DNA of 58,727 nt, counting the filler, from Sphacelaria rigidula (lineage: Eukaryota), in the NCBI GenBank assembly GCA_964200075.2. It is 6 parts of 6 records of this genome, joined end to end, with 100 filler letters (N's around TTAATTAATTAA, not from the genome) between each part and the next. Parts side by side here need not be neighbours in the genome. Positions count along the whole stretch, not along the records: positions 9,806 to 19,510 come from CAXNAA020007926.1; positions 19,611 to 29,315 come from CAXNAA020007927.1; 4 more parts are not named here. One strand, 5' to 3'. The translations under genes were made by a program, and so were the position numbers. Positions 12,776-25,109 of this stretch are shown piece after piece (within the stretch, counting starts at the first letter, position 1; every line of letters begins with the position of its first letter). Under the pieces are notes generated by a model that ran no database searches, was not told the origin of the DNA, and worked only from the letters and a program-made list of their open reading frames with translations.

Positions 12776-15700
12776 ATGGCGCAACCGCAGAAAATAATTC
12801 TCCCCTCGGCCCTTCCCCCATACAAATATTTACGCCGTCAGCGTTTTCTTTCATCAATCCCTCCAAAACCAAAACCCTTCACTATTACTTCCCCTGTACA
12901 CGAAGAAGTGAAATCCGACAGAGCTTCGACCCGCAACTCTGGCGACTACACGTCCCAAGACTTGACTGCTACTGGTGACCACGACCGCCATTTACCCAAG
13001 ACTTCCAACATTATCGACTAGACGCTCCGCGCTCGCTCTGTTACGAATCGCACGCCGTTCAAGACTCCCGACATTATCGACGAGTCGCTACGCGCTCGCT
13101 CTGTCGTGGATCGTTCACTGTCCAAGACTCCCGGCATTATCGACGAGTCACTCCGCGCTCGCTCTGTTGCGGATCGTACACTGTCCGAGACTTCCAACAT
13201 GGTCGACGAGTCGCTGCGCGCTCGCTCTGTGGTGAAACGCACACCGTCTCGGACTTCCAACAACATCGACGAGTCGCTACGCGCTCGCTCTGTTGTGCAA
13301 CGGGCTCAGTCTCGGGGTTCCCACATGTCTGATGAGTCGCCACGCGTCGCCACTGTTGTGGAACGCAAACCGCTTCAGGCTTCTACCGCGGTTATTGAGT
13401 CACCCCGCGCTCGCGGTGTTGAGGGTTACGACGCCTCCCAGCGCCCGCGCAGACAGGATGTGGACCCTTCTGTTCACCACACCTCGCGCTGAACATCCTC
13501 CTCGCGTCTTGGCCGCTCCGAAGCGCCTTCCATAGAGCACTCGCCTGTAGTAACGGCTCTTGAGCACTTGCTTCGTTCATCACCGGCTGTCATTTCTGAC
13601 GGTCCGGCGACAACTGCCCTTTCACAAGCGCTCACGGCCTGTGCCGCGTTTCACACAGCCGTTCAACATTCAACGTCTTCTGATCATGTTCACTTTGACA
13701 GTAATATGAACCATCCAGCATCTGCACCCCTGGCTGCAGACCCTGATGATGTACGTTTGACCTCAGATGTTCACTCTGATTTCGATTTGGATGGTGACGA
13801 TATTGCTCACCGTGGCGATACTACTACTCATGTTCATGATGTACGGGCATTGCTATCAGGATTATCTTCGACAACGGGATACTCACGACCCAAATCTGTC
13901 GATCAGCCCCGCGTGAGTTCGCGGCTACCCACGAATGCTTCGTTGACTAACATTCACGAACCCTTACGCGACGGACACAGCACTCACCGTGCCCTTCCGC
14001 TCCATCCTGATACTGCAACTGCGCGTGCAGTGGAACAACAAATCGCAGATCTTCGTCGATACCTGCGGTATGCTTCCATCATGGCTGACGCCCCGGCACC
14101 TTCGACTACTGCATCCATCGCAGCCCCTACACCTTCTGCGGCTACCGACATTGATACGGATGCAGAGAGCGCCCGTGTCACGCCCCCCGCTCCCCGTGCG
14201 GCGGCACGTGCGGATCCCACCACGGCGGATCAGGGTTACACCCCTGTCACGGTCGCCCTGGCGAGATCGGTCACTTCGCCGCCAACTTCTACTGCCGCGG
14301 GCTCGGCTCCGGCGCCTGCCCCCGAGTCTGACACGGACGACCGTCCCCTTTTGGGCGTCGAGCATTGCCCGCCGGGCCTTCCGCCCTGGCTCTCGTTTCG
14401 TGGTGCACGAGCGGACCGAGAAAAAATTCTGGCTGAGTACCAGGCTTTTGAACCGGCCACGGCCCCGGCGCCACCTTCACCCCGCCAAAAGGCGGACAAC
14501 GCTGCTCACGGTCTCGTCCAGGATGACCTCGCGGCACGACTGGCGCGCCAACACCAGGCCGTCGGTTCGGCGTCCAGCCGCCAGCGGGCGGCTCAACGTA
14601 CACTCACTGAACGCCTCGCTGCGCTCGACCAGATGCGGCATTTGATACGACGCGATGAACACCGCTTGCGCCAGTGTGCGACCGCAATAGAAACTGCGAC
14701 CACGACCCTACGTTCCCTGGAACAAGAGCAACACCTCCCTCTGCTCCGGACAACGCCGACTGAGCCTGCACCTTCCGCCGCCATTTCTGGCTCTACAACA
14801 GACCGCCAGCCTTCGCGCTTACACGCTGCGGCCGCGGCTTCTGCGGCTTCGCTTACGCTCCTCTCGCCTGCACCACTGCAGGTCCCTCGGGCTTCGGCGC
14901 CCCCCGCCGCCACACCCGGGCTGCGCCTGCAGGGCAGCAAACGTGCTTGGCTCGGTTGGACGCTACGCCAACTCTCAGGAAAAAACACCCGCAACAACGT
15001 CCTTCGCGCCTCTGAGCAGGCTTGGAGCTCCCTCACCCTGCCAGTTAGTAGTGTGATCGTCCCCTTTTTTCAACAAGGTGGACAGCTGCCGCGAAACGAC
15101 CCAGGCGCTCTAACCATCGAACGAATCGTGCTTTACCTCACGATTGGTGCCAGGGACGGTCGCTCTGCTTGTTAGACCGCCGTCGCCGCCCTCTTTGCCG
15201 CCATGCGGGCAGCTCGCAACACACTGCCGCCCGAAGAAGATGGAGCCTAGATCACCCCGCACCCCCTCCCCATCGTCGTGATGATGACGACTTTGACGAC
15301 GACCCTTCAGGGGCTGCACCACGCCGTGGGCACGGGACCCACCGCACCAACAACAATAGTCGACGATCGACCCGAGGCACCCACAAACGGGCTGGCCACC
15401 AGTCTTCGGGTTCGTCGACTGCCCGACACCACCACCACCCCTCAACGCGGTACGTACGGCCCTCATCGGCCGTCAGGCAAGTGACGCCTCCTTTAGCTGA
15501 TGCGCCTGCTCGCATTCTAGGCCTTACTGATAGTGATAGTGACAATTCGGCTCGCCCATTGTCGTCTACCTCGGCTCGGTCATTAGCTGCCGCCGCCGCC
15601 GCTAAACAACAAGCTGCCGCTGATAAAGCCGCTGTTGATACTCGTAGAGAAGCATCTCGTGTCGCCGCGATCAAGCGTGAGTACTTGCAGATGGATGTTA

Positions 15701-17043
15701 AGAAACTATGGTATATCAAAACCATGCCTGATGCAGACAATGAGGACTCTGGTCAGTTTACGTCCGCTCTCATTTCCTCTACGCGTCGAACGATGCGCAA
15801 TATCCTTGAGTTGGCCGATGCAACTGGCCAACAACGCTTCGAAGACTCTGACTGGATCGATGGCTGGCAAACGCCGCTGCATAAAGCTTTGCATCGCTCA
15901 ATCAGCCGTCGCTCCCCTGACGTCGTTGCCTCCTTAACGCAGATACTCGACTCCTTCTTCAGCGCAGTGGATCAAGATTGTGCCAATGGGCAAAGAGCGC
16001 CGCTACTATTCGGCAATTTTGAGAGGCGCATCATAGGTTATTTTGATAAGTCCGACCAGGCCGACGCCATTGAACGCCTCAGCTCTTTCGCTGTGGCCAC
16101 GGATGTGCCTTTTGCTGACTACCTACGCGACTTTACGCTTTTGGTGTCGAGTGTAACTGGTACTGGCCGACAGAATGGCCCTAGCGATGCTATGTGTCAG
16201 ACATATGTTCGAAATAGCATCGCCCAGCAGTTTCCGACGTTGATGCCGTCTTTATTTCCGGGCGCTTTGGCGCACAAAGAGGTGCCTTACGCCTCCGTAG
16301 ACGCGATGTGGAATGCGTTTGTCGATCAGGAACATAATTTGACGCCTGCCATTCGTGGCGCACAGTATTCTTCTGGGTCTTCGCAGACCTGGTGTGCCGC
16401 ATCTACGAGTACCTCCGGGCCTCGTGGACGCACTCCGACTTTGTCCAGTAATACTTGGACACCCAACTCTGTCGATGGATCGGTCTTGTCTGTTTGTAGC
16501 AAAAGAGACCCGTTCCGTGCAAGCTTCGACGCTTGGCTTTTTTCGGCAGACACTTTTGATGACGTTTATGTCGTTTCCACTACTGCTTTTATCACCGACG
16601 ACCCACATTTATGGACCCCCTTGCTTTCGCCTTCGGCTCGCAGGGATGCTTTTCGTCGTCATGCTAACCCATGTATTAACTGCAATGGTACTGGCCACAG
16701 TATGCGAGATTGCCCTGAACCTTGCATCAATATTTTTTCGCTCATGAACCCTGAACTTCCTAGCAATAGGCAGGCGTGGCGCCGATGGCAAAAACGCATG
16801 CGCGAGTATAATCCACCTTCTCGCCACCCTCGCCAGCCTTACCACAATCATAGCGACTCTCGCTCGAATCGCGACCGCCGCCACACCACTAACACAGTCT
16901 CGGGTACTCGCCATAGAGACAGTGCTTTCCGCCCTTCTCAGTCTTCGCATGGTCATCACCAGCGAACAGGGCCGATTCACAACAACTCCAACCCCAATGC
17001 CAGGAACCCTGGTTCTTTCATGACGGATCGCAACGACCCATGA
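12776..17043 (+). pseudogene. gag: Very long gag-like ORF (about 1420 codons when repaired)
   Basis: Track ORFs starting 12731, 13106 and 13568 share one frame, separated by single stops (13019 TAG, 13490 TGA); one -1 shift near 15170 joins ORF 15169-17043, which carries CINCNGTGHSMRDC (CX2CX4HX4C, 16672-16713). Confidence 0.75.
12998..13430 (+). repeat. Coding 63-bp tandem repeat, about 7 copies (21 aa, e.g. KTPDIIDESLRARSVVDRSLS)
   Basis: Unit starts at 12998, 13061, 13124, 13187, 13250, 13313 and 13376; the last two are diverged. Confidence 0.95.
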
Positions 17044-17058
17044 CACGCCGACGACGGC

Positions 17059-19460
17059 GTGAAGTCTTCGGCGCCGCCGATAGCCCAATCGAAGACTCAT
17101 CCGACACACAACACCGCTCGGGTGACAACACGTTCTCACTCATCACTATTCAGGAGATCTAATGACGGCCGCTCTTCTCGACCACCGTCTTTATCTTTAT
17201 ATACGCAGCGTAACGGTTGTGTTGACTCACAACCCAGCTCCATGCTTGGCTCCAGAATTGGTCCTCCGGAACTAAGTATAAATCTGAGGTGTGGGAAGAC
17301 CGACCACGGACCCTTGAGGCACAGGCTTCTCTCAACGACCGCATGCACTGGTTGTAGCAGACTTCCTTCACCTGGTTCTGGTGTTGATGGGAGACATCCT
17401 ACGATAGGGGGGGGGGGGTATTTTGGACCACTTCTTGCACGAAATTCCAAGTGAAATCATCGTTGAAAGGAGCACCGGTTGCTCGAACGAGCTTGTTATC
17501 GAACAACAATGCTCATTCATACCGATTGACACCGTTCTGAACCAAATACGAGTACACCGCGAGTGTGGCAGGTCGTCTGACACACTTTCGAGCCTCTGTT
17601 TTCGGGCAATAAAATACCCCCCCCCCTATCGTAGGATGACTCATGGTTCAAAACTGACCGCTTCAAACCCTTCGACTCCCACCCGGCCTGATCGTGGTCG
17701 TTTTTCGCGCCACACTTTTCTGCTGCGAAATCACCCCGACATACAGCGGACAACACTCGTCCCCTTTCACATTTAGCAGTGCCCTTTGTACCGAGCTTGC
17801 CAGCGGACAGTCCACAAGTTTCGGCCGAGCATACCTCGATGCTGACAACATCACTTCAACTGGACGCAGTTGCAGTTTCCCAAGAAGTCTTGGAAGTTCC
17901 CAGCCATTTGTCACGGCACGAGAGGAATCCTCGTCGTCATGCCCCCAAGGAACCGCGAGCATTAACACGTCCCCCTCCCGTCAGCGGAAAATTCCAACTG
18001 CATTCTCCCCAAAAAGCGGCAACTTTGAGCTCGATGGCATTGCCAGGCATCCAAGAGGAATCCAAATCGGACCTTTCCGACGGTCCCGCTTCCTCCCCTG
18101 ATGGCCCCAGTGGCACTTCGCAGCAATCTATTTTTAACGATGATCCTTGTACTTCCAAGCCAGGCATCTACGAGATTGATCAAAATTTTGATTCACGCTG
18201 CCCTTCACCATCGGATCAGACCCCCGCGCTGTCTACCGATACCTTCGAACCCCCCGCGGATCACCCGCCATCCGTTTTCACGGTCAGTCCAACTAATCCT
18301 GACCAATTCACGTTATCTGAACATGGCCCTGACCTTGTTGGTGGTGAGGCGTCCGTTGATCCTGCCACCTTCGCTACCCGCGTAGCATTACACTGTGGCC
18401 CTTACGCTACCGCGCGCGCCAAGTGCATGTCGTTGTTAGACAGCGGAAGTCCACAGACATTCATCAAAGAATCCATGTGGAATCATATGAAGCAGACTAG
18501 CGCTGCTTCCGATGTCTGCGAGATCACCACCCAACCTCGCGTTCGGGGCGGTCTCGGTGACTCCAATTCACCCTTGACGGCACGAAAATATGTTCGTCTT
18601 AGTGTGCAATTTTTCCAGCACGATACACGTTCGGCTAGTCTCGCAGTCTGGGCTTACATTGTCCCTGACAGCACCATGCATCATGCTCTCCTCCTTCGCA
18701 GAGATAGTTACATGCGGTTCGACCAACGCACATACCGCACCTTTCCACCATTATCGCCTCAGTCGGCGCCTCGTGGAGAACTCCAACTAGAACACTTTGG
18801 TACCCTCAATGGTGCCTTAGCCTACAAAACACATGAGCAGGCTACCGGAGCGGCTTACCACCTTCGGTACAATGGCAGTTCGGGCGTCACCCTTCCCGAT
18901 GAGCCTCAACTCTTAAAGTTTAGCTTGTCCGCCGCAACGTCATGCCTGCCCTCACCGGCCACTACCTCGCGGTATTTCTGCCTAAAGTTGGTGCGCCCGC
19001 TGGCACTGAGCATTTTGTCTCGGACGGCGAACAACTCTTACCTCTCACAGGCCATGCTAATTTGGAACCTGGCGATGTCTTGGGCATCGCCTCGGTTCCT
19101 CTTATGCACATTCCTCTGGAAACCTATGTAGCCGACCCTCCGGCGCCTGATCTCACGCCGCCGACTGATGGTTTCTTCCGCTGCGTCGATGAGCCATACT
19201 TTAATCTCTCCGCCTCATTCCCGACTCAGATTTCTGCGGTGGAACCCGACAGACCCCCTGCTGAACCTCCTGATGAAGTGCTTCAACGCTCATCAGTCGA
19301 GTCTCGGGAACATTTCTTGCAAATGTGGCACCAACTTCCACCTCATTTGTGTGATATCCATTTTGACCTACATGGTCCGGGCTGGGAGCCCGCCGTCATC
19401 TAGGAGCTACAAGATGTTCTCCTGGAATATCAGGACAGGTTTTCCCGATACGGACTCGAT
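17059..19460 (+). pseudogene. pol: pol N-terminus with retropepsin-type aspartic protease, frameshifted
   Basis: LLDSGSPQTFI at 18433 onward in ORF 17779-19131; reading continues in ORF 18942-19403 and past a TAG to DRFSRYGLD. Confidence 0.8.
17391..17642. mobile_element. Sola2-like MITE nested in the Gypsy pol
   Basis: TIR gag(a/t)catcctacgata(g)10-12tatttt; ATGG duplicated at 17387-17390 and 17643-17646; removing it restores PGSGVDG-SKLTASN; the interior is homologous to 37035-37290. Confidence 0.9.
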
Positions 19461-19510
19461 ACCCCGTTTATCAGGAGGGTGTTATTGACCGTTTTTGGTC
19501 CAATATAAGC
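19459..19510 (+). mobile_element. Probable DNA-transposon terminus (TA|CCCCGTTTATCAGG...) inserted in pol
   Basis: 34 bp identical to 54602-54635; the pol-like reading stops exactly here; starts after TA. Confidence 0.6.
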
Positions 19511-19610
19511 NNNNNNNNNNNNNNNNNNNNNNNNNNNNNNNNNNNNNNNNNNNNTTAATTAATTAANNNNNNNNNNNNNNNNNNNNNNNNNNNNNNNNNN
19601 NNNNNNNNNN
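19511..19610. other. Artificial scaffold-joining linker
   Basis: Same 100-bp N/TTAATTAATTAA/N structure. Confidence 0.99.
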
Positions 19611-20006
19611 TTCCCCCTTTTGATTTACGTGAAGATTTTGCCTCACAAAATCATGCACTTTTGGGGGGGGGGCTATCGTAGAAAGTGTCGTCTTCCGCCA
19701 TAGCAACCAAGTTCTTCGTTTGCCATTGCCTCCACCCGTTCAAAAGAATGCTCATAATCCATGTTGGCTGTACAGGGTGTCAACGATGGCGCAGTGGAAG
19801 TGAACGCACGTCGACTCCAGGTGTGTTGTCTACACCTGCACATCACCCACTGACGGCAAAATGGTGATTACCGCATGAGCTACATGGCGGTTACACCACC
19901 TATGACAGCCACCTGTACCCCTAAGTTATAACATACCGAAATAAACCCCCACGGACGGTAAACACGCTAAATGTCACGATCCCTATGCGATCACCTGTAC
20001 ACTCAC

Positions 20007-22408
20007 CCATCCACGCGCAAGGCATCATCTTCTCCATCCGCAGAACTTTGGGCTATCGCTTCGTCGTCATCTCCTTGTTTGGATTCTTCGTTCTCTTCAT
20101 CTGTCTCCTTTCCTTCACCAGCGGGCTTGCGTTCTTCCCCAGGCTTCACGTCCCCACCATCTTCGTCGTGGTCTTTCCGTTCTTCCTTACTTTCGGCCTT
20201 GTGAGGACGTGAACGGTGCCTGGCCTTGTCTTCCGTCTCGTTTTCCCCCCTCGGGGTTGAGTTCTTCACCTTGTCCTTCCCGAGCGCTTTTCGGCGCTTC
20301 GCTCGGTACCTTGGGGAGCCAATGACGCGAGGTAACTGTCAGCGCGCGAGTGAAGAAAGAAACTACCGCTGGTATGCTATGGGCAAGATAGATGAGACCC
20401 CCTCCTCGACTTCTTCCTTCTCCCTCTCCCTCTTCCGTGGCTTGAGTACTCAAGTTATGCATCGTTTGATTACCTGCTGAGTGCCTACTGTCGACAAGAG
20501 CAAGTTCTCACGCAGCGACGAAAGCTAACCTTGGTTCAAGGCATCGAACGAGGGGTTGAAAAATGATCGCTCAAGTTCGAATGAATCCCGGCAATAAAAA
20601 AACGGCGATGTATATGATGAGATGTTGCCGCCAATCTTCCACGCGTCACTCACGTTGTTTCAGCATCTTCGACATAGGAGGCTAGCTGCTCTCGCATTTC
20701 TCTATTCGCAGCAACCCAACCCAGCCGTACGCGCCTGTGTGTGGGAACGGTAAGCAGTACATGAGCACCCGAGCGTTTCAAAGGAGCAGAGAAAATCACG
20801 CGGAGAAGTCGACGTTGTCGGCGTTCTGAGTTGGATACAGTAATTCACACATAGACTAGAGGAATACGTTTTTCTAGTGCTGAAAACAACGGAAGTAAGG
20901 ACGGAAGAGCAGCCTACAACTACTCGGACGAGCTGACTGTACCTCAGAAATATCGCATTCATAGCTTTCTGATCGTCGGTCATTGGGCGAGTCCTCAAAC
21001 CGCGTCGAGCTGGCGGCGGGGGAAAATGGTACTTCAAAGACGGCATGACCTGTAATGTAAGAGTAAACGGTAAGGGGGGTGGTGTTTTTGCCTGCTTTAC
21101 TTTTCCTGTCAGATCGAAGCACTGCATTTCTTCACTTGCGGAGTTGAATCTTGACGAGGCGGCTGATTGATCAACTGATTGACAGACTGTCGTACGCTGG
21201 CAGACTCGCTACGAATCCAGCCAAGGTCGCAAGACAGACGCACCCAAGGCACGGTACAGATATTTACGTGGCACCTCGAAAACTTTGACGCGCACGAAGA
21301 GGACAGAGGCAACTAACCCCTAGGACGGGGTAGTGTCATGTGTGGCTTAACGTGTATCTCCTCGCTGATCGGCAAGCGCAGATCCAGGTGGGAGCTTCAG
21401 CTGCCCAGGAGGAAGACGACAAGGATAACAACAGAACGGTCACGAGACCACGTGCAGGGCTCGACCAAGGCATCGAGAATGATAGACCAGGTGAGATAAT
21501 CTCTCGAACTTGCGTCTCAGGGTTCACGCAACCGTGTGCGCACTAGCTCCAAAACATGTACAACAGACAGCCGTCCGTTTCAATTGTTCAGGCACGTACC
21601 CCTGCTCCGACAGCTACCATAATACCTACCATGACACTCTTGCCGCCCTCGCTTTCTTCTTTATCCAGGAACTGTTGCGTGCCCGCACCCAATGGCTCCA
21701 CCTCAGCTGGGGAGAGCTTGACGAAGGTGAACGTGTGGTGAAACAAAGTCCATTTCTTGAACGCGTCAAACATGCTACGCGGTCCAGCCTATTGGTCGTT
21801 CGACGAGGCGAGGAGGGAAAATTCATTATTTCGATGGAGAAGGGCAAGGAGCGGAAAAGTAAAAGCAAGAGTCGTTGTGTGCGCGTGATATTCTGCATCA
21901 CTTCTGTTCGCAAAACAAGCGCGTAGCATGGCGTGGATTCATACAAGGCCGTGAGGTGATGAAACGATACATCTCGAGCCTGTGCAGAGAGATGAAAAGC
22001 GTTGTGCGCTGAGACGAACTAGTTATTCTCGCCAGCCAACTGTGCAAGGTGCATTCGGCGACGTGGGGGAGTTACTCGGCTGGACACGGGGGGGTTAGCA
22101 CTTCAAACGGTGGGAATTTTACAGAGAAACTACTCCGCGTAGCATTCAGGATATGTATTGAACATTGTTTTTGCACCACGTGTGTAATTTCCAAGGCGAA
22201 GGAATCTCTTGCCACAGTCCTTACAGAATGATACACAGATACAGTACATCACAGATTGGGTGAGGGTGAACAGCGAGTTGTTTTGGCATACGCTTACCTT
22301 CGTCGATCCCGCAAGCTTGGTGCTCGACATGGCCACGTCGAGGTCAATACCAAGAGATCTGTCAATTGAGGCGAGGATGACGGCCACCTTTATCCATGCT
22401 TCCTCACC
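20007..22408 (-). pseudogene. Multi-exon gene remnant of unknown function
   Basis: AG/GT-bounded open exons at 22408-22298, 21788-21600, 21049-20943, 20734-20654 and 20309-20007; the 20943/20734 junction is phase-compatible; the candidate exons between them (about 22080-21900, 21400-21200, 20529-20474) contain stops or phase breaks. Confidence 0.6.
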
Positions 22409-23109
22409 CTGAACAACGACAGCGAAAACAGGAGCATTACATCGCGGTTGAATCATGGGTGGTATCATAGCCTGAGTGTCAGTGGCTTTGATGGTAGTAT
22501 CTCAGCGAAACTAGGTGGTATCTTCGAGCGCATCTCAAGTTTTCCCGGAAACATCATGGGCATCCATCCTCAGCAAAGCGTGCGTGCGGTTGGAAACTAA
22601 AACTGCAAGAATGTACATAAGTGCTTCGCAGCTGAGACATTAACAGCCACCAAGCGCTCATGCCACTTGCTCTACCGAGGGAAACTTCGGATCGATGGAA
22701 AACATTTCTCCGGCCGGTTGCCGTCGTCGGACCGTGTCCGGGGAAGAGAGAGTGAGGAGGATGGGCAGAGGGATGATGGAGGACTGAGCCGTTCACCGAA
22801 AGAGGAGGGGCGAGGATTTTACAGTGCCCTTCCCGAGTCGTTCAACGATAGAAGGGGGTAGGGGAATTCACAGCATCGTCCCCACCGTCTAGCCTATTGG
22901 TATATTTTCCGCGTTTACGGTCGCTGTTGTCCAACAGAACAAACTAGCATAACTCGGAACGCCTTAACCCCCACGTTTGAGGAGAAGTGGTTTTGTCCCC
23001 TCTATTGTTGAACGATCCGTCCCGGCGCCTAGTCTACGAATGTATTGTCTACGGTTGAGGTCGCGATTGTTTTTCAGAATAACATAGTGAAAGAGAAACA
23101 CCCCTGTAA

Positions 23110-24745
23110 GACCCATTACTATCCCCATTATTGCCAACACTGTTTTTGCGGAGGTCTCCGAAATTTTCGAGACTGGCAGGGTACCTGATGGCTCTCGAAT
23201 GCTTGCGAGCGCCACGTCGCATTCACAGGGCAGCTCTCCGAAGTGCTGCGTTGCAATCCGAATTTGTCGACTTCCCAAAAAATGAAGCTTCGGAGAAAAA
23301 ATCAAGCTGCTTGATTTCCGGAGAAGTCTGAGCGCAGAGTCGAAAAATTCCGAAATATTCTGAGACCTCCGAAAAAACGGTGTCGATAAGGCCCATTATT
23401 ATGGGCACTGTTTTTCGGAGATCCTTTAATTTTTTTGCGTTTTCAGACCCGGCGTTCAGTATCCTCCAAAAATGAAGCGGCATGATTTTTTCTCCCAAGC
23501 TTTACATTAGGAGAAACCTGAACACTTCGGACTGCAGCGCAAAAACTTCGCAGAGCTGCCCTGTGAGCACACTGTGGCGCTCGCAAGCGTGCGAGAGTCA
23601 TTAGCAATCATACTAATGACATCTTGGGCCATGCCGCAGATTGAAAAGCGCCGTGGATTGGCAGTATCCATCTTCTTAGACAGTATGTGTGGATCGGCAG
23701 CGGTGATTGAGTTGTTGGGGTCAAGCGGTAGTTGCCGTTTGCGTACATACGAGCTTTCGAAGTGAAGAGCAGTGACAATCCGGTAGCGACCTGCTTGCCT
23801 ACTATGCTTCTACGAGTGTACGCTACCGCACCGCCTGTAAAGTTCACAGCTGGTGGTTTGATGGATGCATCTGCGCATACAAGTGACGGAAAGCTCAAGC
23901 ATGCAGCAAACTTTGCACAGAGCTTTCTACAGGCGGTATTGCTGTATGTGGGTACCGCTGCATTCCGGGGGGGCCAGTCGATCACGCTCATGTCTTCCCG
24001 ACTGCTCCCCCGTTTCACACAGAGGATGCGCGAAAGGTGTTGCCCGTAGTTTTAAACGCCATACACGGGCAGGAAGCATCACCCTGATCTTCATTTTGCT
24101 AGCGAAGGAAATCCAACGGCAAGATCAGCCCTGTGTCCTTGATAAGATATCCAACAGCAACGGTAAAACTCGAAAATAATGGGTCGTTTGAAGCTCCGAA
24201 AAGTTTGGGGGTTATCAAAAAGACATTTCCACGGTAAAAATGGGCCTAATAATAGGCCCACCCTGTATTCAGATTTTCTCCGAAAACGAAGGGGCTTGAT
24301 TTTCACTCCGAACCTTCATTTGAGGAGAATTTCGGAAAAATTCGGACTGCGACGCAAGACTTTGGAGAGCTACCGTGTGTGCGTGCTATGGCGCTCGGAA
24401 GTATTCTCAGTCAGGTACATTGCCAGTTCCAAACAAATCGGTGATGTCCAAAAAAACAGTGTCGATAATAATGAGCTTTATCGACACTGTCTTTTCGGAA
24501 ATCTCAGAAAATTCCAAACTTGTCAGACTCTGCGTTCAGTCTTCTCCTAAAACGAAACCGCTTGATTTTTCCTCCGAAACATCATTTTGGGACAAGGCCG
24601 AAAAATCGGACTGCAGCGTAGCACTTCGGAGAGTTGTCCTGAGTGTACGCCGTGGCGCTCGCAAGCGTTCGAGACCCATCAGGTACCTTGCCAGTCCTCA
24701 AAAATTCGGCGATCTCCGAAAAACAGTGTCGGTCGTAATGGGGGC
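23110..24745. repeat. Modular foldback-like array of ~260-bp self-inverted units
   Basis: 23120-23425 is the reverse complement of about 24445-24745; further direct copies at about 23405-23595 and 24250-24470; units are bounded by acactgtttttcggagat / atctccgaaaaacagtgt. Confidence 0.75.
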
Positions 24746-25109
24746 TGAAAAAAAGCGATTTTGACCCCCCTCCATCGTTGAACGACGCGATTGATACGCG
24801 CAACGCAAACGGGATAGAATCGCCGACGTAAGAAAATCAGGGTCTGATTCAAACCTCTGGCCTATATCTACTAACCACCTACGCTCACATGCACACATCG
24901 GGCCGCCCTGCCTGACAAGCAGGTCTACGGTCAATCCGTTCACACGTGGCCAATCGGCTGCCATCTTAACCGTCTACATACAGCGTTTTCATTCTGAAAT
25001 ATACTCTCGAAGTACGAGCCTCGTGGCAAGCAACTCCAGAGAAATATTTCACACCCTGTACAACTATAATTAACAACTAAGTAAGTTAGATGGTTGTCGA
25101 CCAACTACC

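Larger units (their letters stand above)
12776..19460 (+). mobile_element. Degenerate Ty3/Gypsy LTR retrotransposon, gag-protease portion (element 1)
   Basis: Gag with CCHC knuckle, then aspartic protease LLDSGS, then the pre-RT segment ELQDVLLEYQDRFS; stops, frameshifts and nested insertions; LTRs not delimited; cut by an insertion and the scaffold end. Confidence 0.85.

Noticed and set aside
23608-24018. Tc1-like transposase suggested by VIDWPP
   Set aside because: SPDLNPIE and QDNA motifs are absent; a single short match is insufficient.
23131-24764. Paralogous protein pair suggested by similar ORFs 23223-23498 (-) and 24375-24764 (+)
   Set aside because: The similarity simply reflects the inverted DNA repeat; there is no coding signature.
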